Shown in pieces: positions 19,719 through 28,485 of a stretch of 64,000 nt of DNA. The stretch comes from a virus, in IMG/VR virus record IMGVR_UViG_3300028840_006907, positions 288,001 to 352,000 of that record; one strand, 5' to 3'. The position numbers and the translations under genes were made by a program. The notes under the pieces were generated by a model. The model was not told the DNA's origin. It did no database searches and saw only the letters and a program-made list of their open reading frames with translations. The first letter of the stretch is position 1. Each line of letters opens with the position of its first letter.

Positions 19719-20374
19719 AAAATTATGGCTATGCTGATATGAGTGAAAAAGAAAAATTATCTAAAGAACAAGTATTAGAATTTTGGAAAAATCCTATAAA
19801 CGATAATACTAATAAAAATGAGAACAATGATCCTGAGCATTATTTGAGTGGGGAAAAACGTAGCCGATATCTCGTTGAATTAATTAAAAGGCATTTACAT
19901 AAAGAAGCAAAAATATTAGAGATTGGTTGTAATGTCGGGAGGAATTTGCATTATCTATATGAAACAGGTTATAACAATTTAAATGGGATAGAAATTAATG
20001 ATAATGCTGTTCAAGTGATGCATAAAAATTATCCCGAATTATATGGAAGTGTAGGAATTTATAATTGTCCGGTTGAATCTATTATTACATCTTTTTCCGA
20101 TGAAGCCTATGACTTGGTCTTTACAATGGCTGTTTTAGAGCACATTCATTATGAGAGTGATTTCATTTTCTCTGAGATAGCTCGGGTAGCCAAAAGATGT
20201 ATAATTACAATTGAAGATGAAAAAACTACCTGGAGTAACAGACATTTTCCTCGTAATTATAAGGAGGTGTTTGAGAAGATCGGGAATTGGGTACAGATTT
20301 ATGATATGAATTGTGGTGGGATTAATATACTTGATGATCGATTTTGGGTAAGGGTATTTAAAAAGAATGTCTAA
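19715..20374 (+). CDS. class I SAM-dependent methyltransferase
   Basis: Motif I 'ILEIGCNVGRNL'. Post-I acidic 'LVFTMAVLEHI'. Confidence 0.75.
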   Translation: MKNYGYADMSEKEKLSKEQVLEFWKNPINDNTNKNENNDPEHYLSGEKRSRYLVELIKRHLHKEAKILEIGCNVGRNLHYLYETGYNNLNGIEINDNAVQVMHKNYPELYGSVGIYNCPVESIITSFSDEAYDLVFTMAVLEHIHYESDFIFSEIARVAKRCIITIEDEKTTWSNRHFPRNYKEVFEKIGNWVQIYDMNCGGINILDDRFWVRVFKKNV

Positions 20375-21158
20375 ACGAATAGTGTTAGTCAGAAATATGG
20401 GAAACAGTGGCGGTGCCTGGTTAATGAAGGTATTTAATATGCATGAAAACATATTAATGTTTCAGGAATTAAACCAGATACTGAGGTTAAGATATGATTA
20501 TTCGGATATAAATAAGAAGAATCTAAATTACCCTCATGTTGACTATGATGTAAAAATAGCTCAACGGAGTCGTGATCTTAAAGGATTTTTATTTAATAGT
20601 AGAACTCAGTGTCATATAGCAACTAGTTTTCTTTTATATCAATATGATATTAGAAAAGAAGATGCGATTGGGTTAATAAAATGTTTTGATCATGAATCTA
20701 TAAGAGAATGTAGAGTAAAATGTCCTTCTGTTAAAGTTGTACAAGTTTTAAGAAATCCTATTGGTATAATAGATTTTTATATGAGTCAGGAAAATTTAAG
20801 GCAAATAGCCCATCATGATCCATATGAAATATCTTTTAAAAAACATGTGGATTTCTTTCATAATAAATTTATAGATTTTTGGGAAAATAATGAAAAAAAA
20901 GGTGAGAAAATTATACGACTAGAAGATTTGAATATATCATTGAAAGATGGAAATCCTTTCTTAAAAGACACTATGGAAGATTTATTTGAAGTTAATTTCT
21001 CAAATGAATTTATTGAAAAAATCAAACAAAATTTAGGTTATGGGAATGAAGGTAACCAGAATAAAGAGATATGGCAAAACTGGGAAGGATGGAAAAAAGA
21101 ATATTTCAAGAAATATTTCGAAAATCTAATGATGAATCTTGGCTATGAATTGAGGTGA
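20367..21158 (+). CDS. sulfotransferase-like protein (paralog of 16446..17141)
   Basis: 'RNMGNSGGAWL'. 3'-PB-like 'VLRNPIGIIDFYMS'. Conserved C-terminus 'IWQNWEGWKKEYFKKYFENLM'. Confidence 0.4.
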   Translation: MSKRIVLVRNMGNSGGAWLMKVFNMHENILMFQELNQILRLRYDYSDINKKNLNYPHVDYDVKIAQRSRDLKGFLFNSRTQCHIATSFLLYQYDIRKEDAIGLIKCFDHESIRECRVKCPSVKVVQVLRNPIGIIDFYMSQENLRQIAHHDPYEISFKKHVDFFHNKFIDFWENNEKKGEKIIRLEDLNISLKDGNPFLKDTMEDLFEVNFSNEFIEKIKQNLGYGNEGNQNKEIWQNWEGWKKEYFKKYFENLMMNLGYELR

Positions 21159-21161
21159 TAA

Positions 21162-21737
21162 ATGAATTTATTTGAATCTGCGTACTATACTGAAGAGGAT
21201 CTGAGAAAAGGCGGTTTTAAAAGTGTCGGTAAAAATGTTCAGATTGATAAAAGTTGCACGATAATAGGCTTAGATAAAATCACTCTAGGAGATAATGTTC
21301 GAATCGATGGTTACTGTTGTATTATTGCCACAAAAGAGGAAGTGATTTTCGGTTCTTATATTCATATAGGTTCGTTTTGTCATCTCTGTGGAACTGCAGG
21401 TCTTATAATGAAAGATTTTTCAGGTTTGTCACAAGGAGTTCGAATTTACTCCTCTTCTGATGATTATTCAGGAAAGTTTTTAACTAATCCAACTGTTCCC
21501 GATAAATACACAGGTATAATAAGAGAACCAGTTATTATAGGTAAACATGTTATAATCGGGGCTAATACTGTTATTCTTCCAGGAGTTGTTATAGGTGATG
21601 GGTCAGCTATTGGTGCCATGTCCCTTGTAACAAAAGACGTAGATAAAAATAGTGTCTATGCAGGTTGTCCAGCGAAATTTATAAAAACACGTTCAAAAAG
21701 AATATTTGATTTAGAGAAGAGGTTATTAAATGAATAA
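21162..21737 (+). CDS. hexapeptide-repeat (LbH) sugar acetyltransferase
   Basis: Repeating [LIV]G-x-x-x-x hexapeptides: 'IGANTVILPGVVIGDGSAIGAMSLV'. NeuD/PglD-like size. Confidence 0.8.
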   Translation: MNLFESAYYTEEDLRKGGFKSVGKNVQIDKSCTIIGLDKITLGDNVRIDGYCCIIATKEEVIFGSYIHIGSFCHLCGTAGLIMKDFSGLSQGVRIYSSSDDYSGKFLTNPTVPDKYTGIIREPVIIGKHVIIGANTVILPGVVIGDGSAIGAMSLVTKDVDKNSVYAGCPAKFIKTRSKRIFDLEKRLLNE

Positions 21738-22443
21738 ATCAATTTTCATATGTTCAGGAGGTCGATGTGGTACACATTGGGTTCGGCCTATTCTTGCTCA
21801 GCTTTTAGATTTACAAACTGGGTTTGATTGGAAAGGATATAATCCAAATAAAATTCCCTTTAAAACAGAACCTGGAGCTATTTGGAAAATAAAGATGGTA
21901 GAAAAGAGAGAGCCAGGAGGAAGGATTTATTCAGGGCATATGCCAATTACAGAACTTCTACCTATTATCAGTTTAGTAAATATAATAATTCTTATAAGAG
22001 ATCCTAGAGATATGTGTGTTTCGGCTGCATATTATACTCCAGAAAGAAGAGTATTAACTCAAGAAGAATTTGAATCTAAATTTAATAATTTATTAATACA
22101 AGGAAGCCCGAATCCTGATTTTCATGAATCTTATATAGAAAGTAAGAATAAAATACCTCATTTTTTATTAAAATATGAAGATATGATTCATGATGATTAT
22201 GGCTCAATAGTTAAATTTTTAAATAATTCAGGTTATAAATTTGAAGAAGAAAAATTAAAATATGTACTTGATAAAAACTCATTCAAGAATTTATCAGGTG
22301 GACGAGAAGCCGGTGAGGAGGATAATACCGCTTTTTATAGAAAAGGTATTGTGGGTGATTGGGTAAATTATCTCTCTAATGGTTTACTTGAACAATATAC
22401 CGATAGGCATAAAACTTTGTTGGAAGAATGGGGGTATATGTAA
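21730..22443 (+). CDS. sulfotransferase family protein
   Basis: 'IFICSGGRCGTHW' is 5'-PSB-like. 'IRDPRDMCVSAAYY' matches the 3'-PB motif well (R-x-P-x-D-x-x-V-S-x-Y). Confidence 0.6.
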   Translation: MNKSIFICSGGRCGTHWVRPILAQLLDLQTGFDWKGYNPNKIPFKTEPGAIWKIKMVEKREPGGRIYSGHMPITELLPIISLVNIIILIRDPRDMCVSAAYYTPERRVLTQEEFESKFNNLLIQGSPNPDFHESYIESKNKIPHFLLKYEDMIHDDYGSIVKFLNNSGYKFEEEKLKYVLDKNSFKNLSGGREAGEEDNTAFYRKGIVGDWVNYLSNGLLEQYTDRHKTLLEEWGYM

Positions 22444-22444
22444 T

Positions 22445-23116
22445 ATGGAAGATTATTTTGAACAAATGGTAACAGTTTTTAAAAAGTACTTTAAAGAGTA
22501 TTATCGTAATGTATTCACAAATCAATCAGTGGAAACCTGTACAGGTATTTATAATCTTTGTAAAAAAGAAAATCCAGATCAAGTAGTGGAAATGGGAACC
22601 AATCATGGGGCTTCTACTCTTTCTATAGTAAAAGCACTGACTGATTTAGGGAAAGATTTGTCTATTATTACTTCAATTGATTTAGACCACGAGAAATGGA
22701 AGGCAACATTTAATATACAAAAAGAATTGATTAAAAAGTATGATTTAAATTTAGGAAAAGTAAAATTAATAACTCAAGATTTTAATTCAGTAGATCCTGT
22801 AGAAATAATTGACCCTGAAAAGAAAGTATTTATTTTTTATGATATGCATGATCATCGAGGCCCATGGTCACAGAGACTACTTGATTTATGGGTACCTTTA
22901 GTTAAGAATGGTGTCTTCTCTATTCATGATGTAACTCCTGTAAGTGAATCCTTTGAAATAGTTCAGGATAAAATTTCCCCTCGAACAAAGATACAGTATA
23001 AGAGTGGGCAGTATTTTGCAGGTTTCAATGAATGTTTTCGAATAATAAAATGGGCAAATACAAATAACATAAATATAGAGATATTTCCAGGAGGAGTATA
23101 TTTCAGAAATGGCTAA
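22445..23116 (+). CDS. putative SAM-dependent methyltransferase (CmcI/TylF-like)
   Basis: Start at 22445 immediately follows the upstream stop. 'VVEMGTNHGASTLSIV' is motif I-like. Confidence 0.45.
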   Translation: MEDYFEQMVTVFKKYFKEYYRNVFTNQSVETCTGIYNLCKKENPDQVVEMGTNHGASTLSIVKALTDLGKDLSIITSIDLDHEKWKATFNIQKELIKKYDLNLGKVKLITQDFNSVDPVEIIDPEKKVFIFYDMHDHRGPWSQRLLDLWVPLVKNGVFSIHDVTPVSESFEIVQDKISPRTKIQYKSGQYFAGFNECFRIIKWANTNNINIEIFPGGVYFRNG

Positions 23117-23795
23117 CATTTTTATTGGAAAAAATATGTCAAATATAAAAAATATTCCTGGTTTAAATAAAATAACAAAGATACATGATGTGGCTGATTA
23201 TGTGAGATTAGCTGATTTTGTCTATAAAACAATTTCCCATTCTATGGATAGTGGGATTGATTTAGATTATTCTGTTAATCAATTGTATTGGCAATTTGTG
23301 AATAAAAAGAGATTTGGATGGTGCTATATGCATGCTCTGTATTATCATCTTATAGTACAAGAATATGGTCGTGAATCTTTTGTTTATGATTATGGCTTAC
23401 CAGCGCCACAATTAACTCATAGTGTTGTTGTAGTAACTTTACGTGATGATAAGTATTTAATTGATCCTTATTTTAATCGTTATTATGTAACAGAAAAAGG
23501 GAATCCGTATACATTTCCTGACTTATTGGCTATGATAAAAACTGATCCAACAAAAATTTATAGTAAATATGGACCTGGTTTGAAAGAAGTTAAACAGGGA
23601 GATAAATATATAGAAACTTCTCCTGAACAATTTGAAAAAGGAGTATTGGAATCGTGGCGAGTAAATCAGAATTATGATAAAATAATGATGGAAAAATTTA
23701 ATAGCACAAATGCATTATTATTAATGCATTGTAAAGTACAAAAAGCTAAAGTATGTAAAAAAATAGATGGGACAAAGTATTTTGACTTTTTCTAA
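23109..23795 (+). CDS. hypothetical protein with transglutaminase/NAT-like Cys-His-Asp arrangement
   Basis: 'GWCYMHA' (GxCxxxA), 'THSVVVVTL' and 'IDPYF' in the order of a papain-like triad. Confidence 0.35.
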   Translation: MANIFIGKNMSNIKNIPGLNKITKIHDVADYVRLADFVYKTISHSMDSGIDLDYSVNQLYWQFVNKKRFGWCYMHALYYHLIVQEYGRESFVYDYGLPAPQLTHSVVVVTLRDDKYLIDPYFNRYYVTEKGNPYTFPDLLAMIKTDPTKIYSKYGPGLKEVKQGDKYIETSPEQFEKGVLESWRVNQNYDKIMMEKFNSTNALLLMHCKVQKAKVCKKIDGTKYFDFF

Positions 23796-24570
23796 TGTTA
23801 TATCCTTTATCAGTGCATTTAAAAAGTTTAAACCTCCTTATGGTATGATACAGCATTCTGCTATGTATTCATGGAATGCTAATAATATTGAAGTATTTGT
23901 TCCAGATAATGAGGTTGGAGTTAAAGATGCTTGTCAGAGTTATCCTAATATTAAATTAATCCCCGATGTTAAACGGGCTCGGGAAATGGGCTTTTCAAAT
24001 CAGTCTCCTATGGTAAAAGATCTGATTGCAAAAGCTCTACCTTTAATCAATACTCCGATGGTAGCTTTAATTAATTCAGACATTATAATTCAACCTGATT
24101 TTATAGAAAGAATAGAAAAAATACTGAAAGAATACGGTTTTGATATTTATATGGTGGGAACTCGATTTGATATTAAATTGGATATTCATATAAGTTCGGA
24201 AGAGACATATAAACAGGTATTGAGTTCAGAACGAAAAAGTTATGATGGCAGTACTTCTTCAGATATATTTATAGCTTCTAAATTTACCTGGAGGAAGATA
24301 GTTCATGAAATGCCTGATTTTATTCTAGGTCGGTATGGGTGGGATAATTGGTTACATATGATTGCAGAACTTAAAGGATATCGTAAATTTAATTGTACAG
24401 ATGCTTTGACTATTCTTCATTGTGAGCATGATCATAAGCATATAGTTCTTCAGGAAAAGGCTGAAAAACAAAGTGCTCCAAGTTCACAGCATAATTTAAA
24501 GTTATGGAATGAAGTAAAAAATGTTTATGGGACGACCAGGATAAATGCATGGCCAAAAATTGAAATATAA
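23767..24570 (+). CDS. hypothetical protein
   Basis: ORF in operon context. No confident motif. Confidence 0.4.
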   Translation: MGQSILTFSNVISFISAFKKFKPPYGMIQHSAMYSWNANNIEVFVPDNEVGVKDACQSYPNIKLIPDVKRAREMGFSNQSPMVKDLIAKALPLINTPMVALINSDIIIQPDFIERIEKILKEYGFDIYMVGTRFDIKLDIHISSEETYKQVLSSERKSYDGSTSSDIFIASKFTWRKIVHEMPDFILGRYGWDNWLHMIAELKGYRKFNCTDALTILHCEHDHKHIVLQEKAEKQSAPSSQHNLKLWNEVKNVYGTTRINAWPKIEI

Positions 24571-24661
24571 TAGGGGTAAAGAAGTTTCTCTACCCCTACA
24601 TGCACATTTTAACCACAATCCCATCTTATGGCTAAAAATATAATAAAAGGATGATACAAGA

Positions 24662-25480
24662 ATGAACCTTCTTCAGAGAGTAAAAAAATATTGGGATGAT
24701 AGACCCTGTAATATACGCCATTCAAAGGAACCCGTTGGAACCAGAAATTATTTCAATGAGGTTGAATATAAAAAATATAAAGTTGAACCGCATATATCAG
24801 GTTTCGCTGATTTTAATAAATGGAAGGATAAAAAGGTCCTTGAGATAGGCTGTGGGCTGGGCACTGAGACTATAAATTTTGCTAGAGCTGGTGCTAGGGT
24901 TGTCGCTGTGGATATGTCTGAGAAATCTTTGGAGCTGGCTAAGAAACGAGCGGAAGTTTTTGGCTTGTCCGATAAGATTACATTTTATCAGGGAAATGCT
25001 GAAGAACTTGATAAATTTATCCCAGCTCAGAAATTTGATCTTATCTGGTCTTTTGGTGTTATTCATCATACCCCGAATCCTGAGAACGTTATTGAATGTA
25101 TCAAGAAGTACCTGTCTCCAAGCAGTGAATTACGAATGATGGTTTATAATAAATTTAGTTGGAAAGTATTCTGGATCCTTTTTAAGTACGGGAAGTTTAA
25201 GTTTTGGGATATTGATAAATTCATAGCTCAAAATTCAGAAGCTCAGACCGGGTGCCCAATCACCTACACTTATACAAATAAATCAGTTCAAAAATTACTA
25301 AAAGGGTTTGTAATCGATAATATTAAAATTGAGCATATTTTTCCTTATAAAATTCGTGAATATAAGGAGAATAAATTCAAATTTATCTGGTATTTTAGAT
25401 ACCTGCCCAAATGGTTTTTTCATTGGTTAGAAAAGAGAATCGGTTGGCATATGTGCATAATCGCCAGATGGAGAATTTAG
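24662..25480 (+). CDS. class I SAM-dependent methyltransferase
   Basis: Motif I 'VLEIGCGLGTETINFARAGARVVAVDMS'. Post-I 'DLIWSFGVIHH'. Confidence 0.8.
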   Translation: MNLLQRVKKYWDDRPCNIRHSKEPVGTRNYFNEVEYKKYKVEPHISGFADFNKWKDKKVLEIGCGLGTETINFARAGARVVAVDMSEKSLELAKKRAEVFGLSDKITFYQGNAEELDKFIPAQKFDLIWSFGVIHHTPNPENVIECIKKYLSPSSELRMMVYNKFSWKVFWILFKYGKFKFWDIDKFIAQNSEAQTGCPITYTYTNKSVQKLLKGFVIDNIKIEHIFPYKIREYKENKFKFIWYFRYLPKWFFHWLEKRIGWHMCIIARWRI

Positions 25481-25567
25481 GGGTGGCCAGCCCCGCGTAG
25501 GCGGGGAAAAGGGATACGATAAGAAAAAATCTGCTCTGTGGAACAGCCCCACGAAAGTGGGGAATAA
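25481..25567 (-). repeat. two CRISPR-repeat-like GC hairpin units (orphan mini-array or repeat-derived bidirectional terminator)
   Basis: Minus-strand reads 'TTATTCCCCACTTTCGTGGGGCTGTTCCA' and 'TTCCCCGCCTACGCGGGGCTGGCCACC', 57 nt apart. Both match the 51.4 kb array repeat ATATTCCCCGCGTATGCGGGGCTG. Lies between convergent genes. Confidence 0.5.
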
Positions 25568-25631
25568 TGCCACCCATTTTAAAAGATAGTATTGGGTGGT
25601 CTTTTAAATCAACTCTAAATTTTCCAGGAGT

Positions 25632-26096
25632 TTACAACCAGTCATCTTCTTTTCGGATAGATATTTTAGATAAAGTATCATTGTTAAGAAAAAGAGTTAC
25701 AATATAACGAACCCATTGATCATCATAATACCCAAATTCTTGTATTTCACTATTATCTGGAAATGAATCTACTATAACACTAGGTCCATAAACTTTCAGG
25801 ATTTTTCTTTTTGACATTCCAATCTTTAAATTTTGAAATTTACCTTCTTTAATTTCGATGTTATATAATCGGTGAGCAAAGATGTAACAAACCATATTCG
25901 GATAGTGCATATAAAGATCACTTTTAATAGTATCAATTTTTATAGGTTCTCCGAATTTTTCTATAACATCTTTAACAGTAAGGTCTTTTCGAAGATCGAA
26001 ATCAGGTCCGAATGGGAAGACACCGCAACTGTCGATTGAACGACTGAAGCATAAACTTACAAAAAGTATGATTGATATTAAAGTTTTCATATTCAC
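25632..26096 (-). CDS. secreted hypothetical protein
   Basis: N-terminal signal-peptide-like 'MNMKTLISIILFVSLCFSRS'. Confidence 0.5.
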   Translation of the reverse strand: MNMKTLISIILFVSLCFSRSIDSCGVFPFGPDFDLRKDLTVKDVIEKFGEPIKIDTIKSDLYMHYPNMVCYIFAHRLYNIEIKEGKFQNLKIGMSKRKILKVYGPSVIVDSFPDNSEIQEFGYYDDQWVRYIVTLFLNNDTLSKISIRKEDDWL

Positions 26097-26195
26097 TCCT
26101 CTCTATATATTATACCAGTCAAATAGCCATTTTATACCAAAAAAAATTGTAATAATCTTTTAATTGCGATGTAACGTAATGAAAAGGGGTAAATT

Positions 26196-26963
26196 ATGAT
26201 AGATGCGAAAAGAGTCGTTTTTTCATACTTAAATTTAAAAGTTGCCAAAGATATGACACCAGAAGAGGCAAAGAAAATAGTGGATAAAATGCCTCCAGGA
26301 AGATTTGATAAAATTAAAAAATTGTTACAGCCTTTTGCTAGATTGTTTAAAAAATCTTTTAATGTAAGAGATGCTGGTGTCCTTGATACTTTAGGAAAAT
26401 TAAGTAGGGCTAAGGGAATTCCTCTTGTTGAATTGTTAGCAGTAGCTTCTATCATGTTTGGTGCTACTGTTCCGTCTTATGCTGACACTGCTAAAGAAAA
26501 AGCTCCAATAGTTCAAGTAAAAGAGAAAAGGCCCATTTCTGAGGTAAGAGCGGATCTAGAAAAAGTTTTTGAATTACCAAAAGGTTTAATGACTCTTGTA
26601 AAAGTTACTCCTCAATTAGCAATAAATTTAAAAGGTATAGATGGATTTGTAGAGACCGTGGGTAAAAATCTCGATAAGAGTATAACTCCTGAAGTTTCAG
26701 TATTGTTAAATCAAGTCCCAGATAATCAATGGCCTGAATTATTGTCTGGTTTAGTAATGCAGAAAATTCAAGAAGATGATAAAGTTGATAAGAAATTTAA
26801 AAAGTTTATTAAACACCATAAAACTAGCCCTCAAAATATGAAAAAAGAGATAGCAAAAGTTGTCTCACAAGAGAAATCTGGCATTCAAAAATTTGTTGAT
26901 AAAGGCATGGCTGAGAAGGGCCTAGCTAAAAAAGCCCATGAAAGAGGCTATTTAATTTCATAA
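26196..26963 (+). CDS. hypothetical K-rich protein
   Basis: RBS-like 'aaaagggg' upstream. No motif. Confidence 0.45.
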   Translation: MIDAKRVVFSYLNLKVAKDMTPEEAKKIVDKMPPGRFDKIKKLLQPFARLFKKSFNVRDAGVLDTLGKLSRAKGIPLVELLAVASIMFGATVPSYADTAKEKAPIVQVKEKRPISEVRADLEKVFELPKGLMTLVKVTPQLAINLKGIDGFVETVGKNLDKSITPEVSVLLNQVPDNQWPELLSGLVMQKIQEDDKVDKKFKKFIKHHKTSPQNMKKEIAKVVSQEKSGIQKFVDKGMAEKGLAKKAHERGYLIS

Positions 26964-27496
26964 ATAGCTGTCTTTGTAGTTTTCATACCGAAAAGTTTAA
27001 ATGGATATTTCCCTAAAAACAATTCTATTGCATCTTGGTATACGTATTCTACAGGATTTTGAAGAATTATAATTCCTCCTTTTCTCACTTTTGGAACAGC
27101 CTCTTTGATACAAGAAGATCTTGATCTACCATTTATGAAAATGATATCAAAAGAATGATCAGCAAAGTTATTTATATAATTTACATAGTCTCTAAAATTC
27201 TTATATAAATAAGCCGGTACAGTACTTCCGAAGCTCTCATGGCTGTAAGGAAAGGGTTTAGGGTCATCGATAGGTTCTATTAATTCATAAGTAAAATTTC
27301 CTTTATTAGGTCCTATCTGTTTTTTTAATGTCTCATATGTTTCTCTGTCATGTTCCACTGATACTACAGCTTTAACAGTTCTTCTGAAATAAATAGTAGA
27401 ATCTCCTGATCCATATTCAAAAGTGATCATGTCATATTCAATGAAACTTTTTAACCAGTCTATAGCTTCAGGTTCAATTGGGGGGTAAACTTCCAT
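26948..27496 (-). CDS. putative class I methyltransferase-like protein
   Basis: 'FEYGSGDSTIYF' is a Gly-rich motif I. 'FDIIFINGRSR'. 'VRKGGIIILQN'. Confidence 0.45.
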   Translation of the reverse strand: MEVYPPIEPEAIDWLKSFIEYDMITFEYGSGDSTIYFRRTVKAVVSVEHDRETYETLKKQIGPNKGNFTYELIEPIDDPKPFPYSHESFGSTVPAYLYKNFRDYVNYINNFADHSFDIIFINGRSRSSCIKEAVPKVRKGGIIILQNPVEYVYQDAIELFLGKYPFKLFGMKTTKTAIYEIK

Positions 27497-27856
27497 TTAT
27501 TCTTCCTCTATTCTTTTTAGTCCAATATTTCCAAGTTCTTCATCATTAAGTTTTTCTAATTTTATATGTTCATTCATGATAATTACATAAAATGGAATAT
27601 CAATAGATGATTGAAAGATGTCAATTAAATCTTGTGCTTGTGCCTCGGTAACAGGCATTTTAGGTCTTATAATGACAAGATCATCTTCTTTCAATTGTAA
27701 CTTTTCTAATTGGTAATTTATAACGATGTTTTCTACATATTGTTCAGCTACCTCTTTTGGATTGTGGCTCAAAGTATATCCGCATTTGTCACATTTGCCT
27801 GTATAAAAATCGATAGCTTCATCTCTACATTCAGGGCATTCTATTTTTTTATCCAT
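27497..27856 (-). CDS. hypothetical zinc-ribbon protein
   Basis: 'CPECRDEAIDFYTGKCDKCGY' is CxxC...CxxC. Confidence 0.4.
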   Translation of the reverse strand: MDKKIECPECRDEAIDFYTGKCDKCGYTLSHNPKEVAEQYVENIVINYQLEKLQLKEDDLVIIRPKMPVTEAQAQDLIDIFQSSIDIPFYVIIMNEHIKLEKLNDEELGNIGLKRIEEE

Positions 27857-27858
27857 TT

Positions 27859-28485
27859 CTAAAATTTCCTTTCTACAGTATCTTTGAATTTAATCATTTT
27901 CCCAGTTCCGGTTCCTATGTGAGGAAAAGGAGTTTCAAATTCATATTTAATGACACATTTTGGCCAAGTCATGGTTGATTTTCCTCTTCTTTGTACTTTT
28001 GTTGTTGTCACACTTCTATTGTTATCTTCTATAATGAATGTGCAAGGTAAATCCCAACCATCTACATAACGAACAGCTTCATAAAAATGTCCTTCATCTT
28101 CAGCTCCATCTCCAATAAAACACCATACTTTATTTTTGCTTTTCTCCATTTTTAAAGATAAGGCTATTCCGGTAGCTATAGAAGCGGTTCCTGCTAGTAT
28201 AGAAGATGACAGGAAATTTAATTTTTTATCGAAGACATGCATTGAATCCCCGTTTAATAATATCTTTTCAAGATCTTTTTCATTTCCTCCTGCTAGTAAA
28301 TAATGGTAGTGGGATCGATGGGTAGAAAGAATATAATCTCCTTCATTAACTTTTTTGAATATTTCAATAATTTGATCTTCATTTCCTCCATTTAAATATA
28401 TCAAATAAGGAAGAAGCCCTTCTTCAAAGAGTTCAATTACTCTCTTTTCAAAAGAGATAAGTTCATTTTTTGTTTTATTAAACAT
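27859..28485 (-). CDS. transketolase-like TPP-binding subunit (N-terminal half)
   Basis: 'GDGAEDEGHFYEA...IIEDNN' is the TPP GDG-x(n)-N motif. 'STHRSHYH'. Confidence 0.75.
   Translation of the reverse strand: MFNKTKNELISFEKRVIELFEEGLLPYLIYLNGGNEDQIIEIFKKVNEGDYILSTHRSHYHYLLAGGNEKDLEKILLNGDSMHVFDKKLNFLSSSILAGTASIATGIALSLKMEKSKNKVWCFIGDGAEDEGHFYEAVRYVDGWDLPCTFIIEDNNRSVTTTKVQRRGKSTMTWPKCVIKYEFETPFPHIGTGTGKMIKFKDTVERKF

Noticed and set aside
553-25577. Assorted short antisense ORFs in the track: 553..804-, 1625..1816-, 4533..4946-, 11442..11762-, 12766..12975-, 15076..15395-, 15477..15725-, 17042..17245-, 20135..20452-, 22898..23119-, 24797..25139 and 25395..25577-.
   Set aside because: Each lies fully inside a longer, motif-supported gene on the opposite strand or in another frame. 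None has an RBS or a recognisable motif.
25481-25631. Reading the 25.5 kb GC hairpins as nothing more than a generic bidirectional terminator.
   Set aside because: Not fully rejected. A hairpin alone would not explain the shared ATTCCCC...GGGGCTG(G)CC flanks and the about 57-nt spacing that mirror the array repeat. It is kept as a finding with the terminator role as an alternative.
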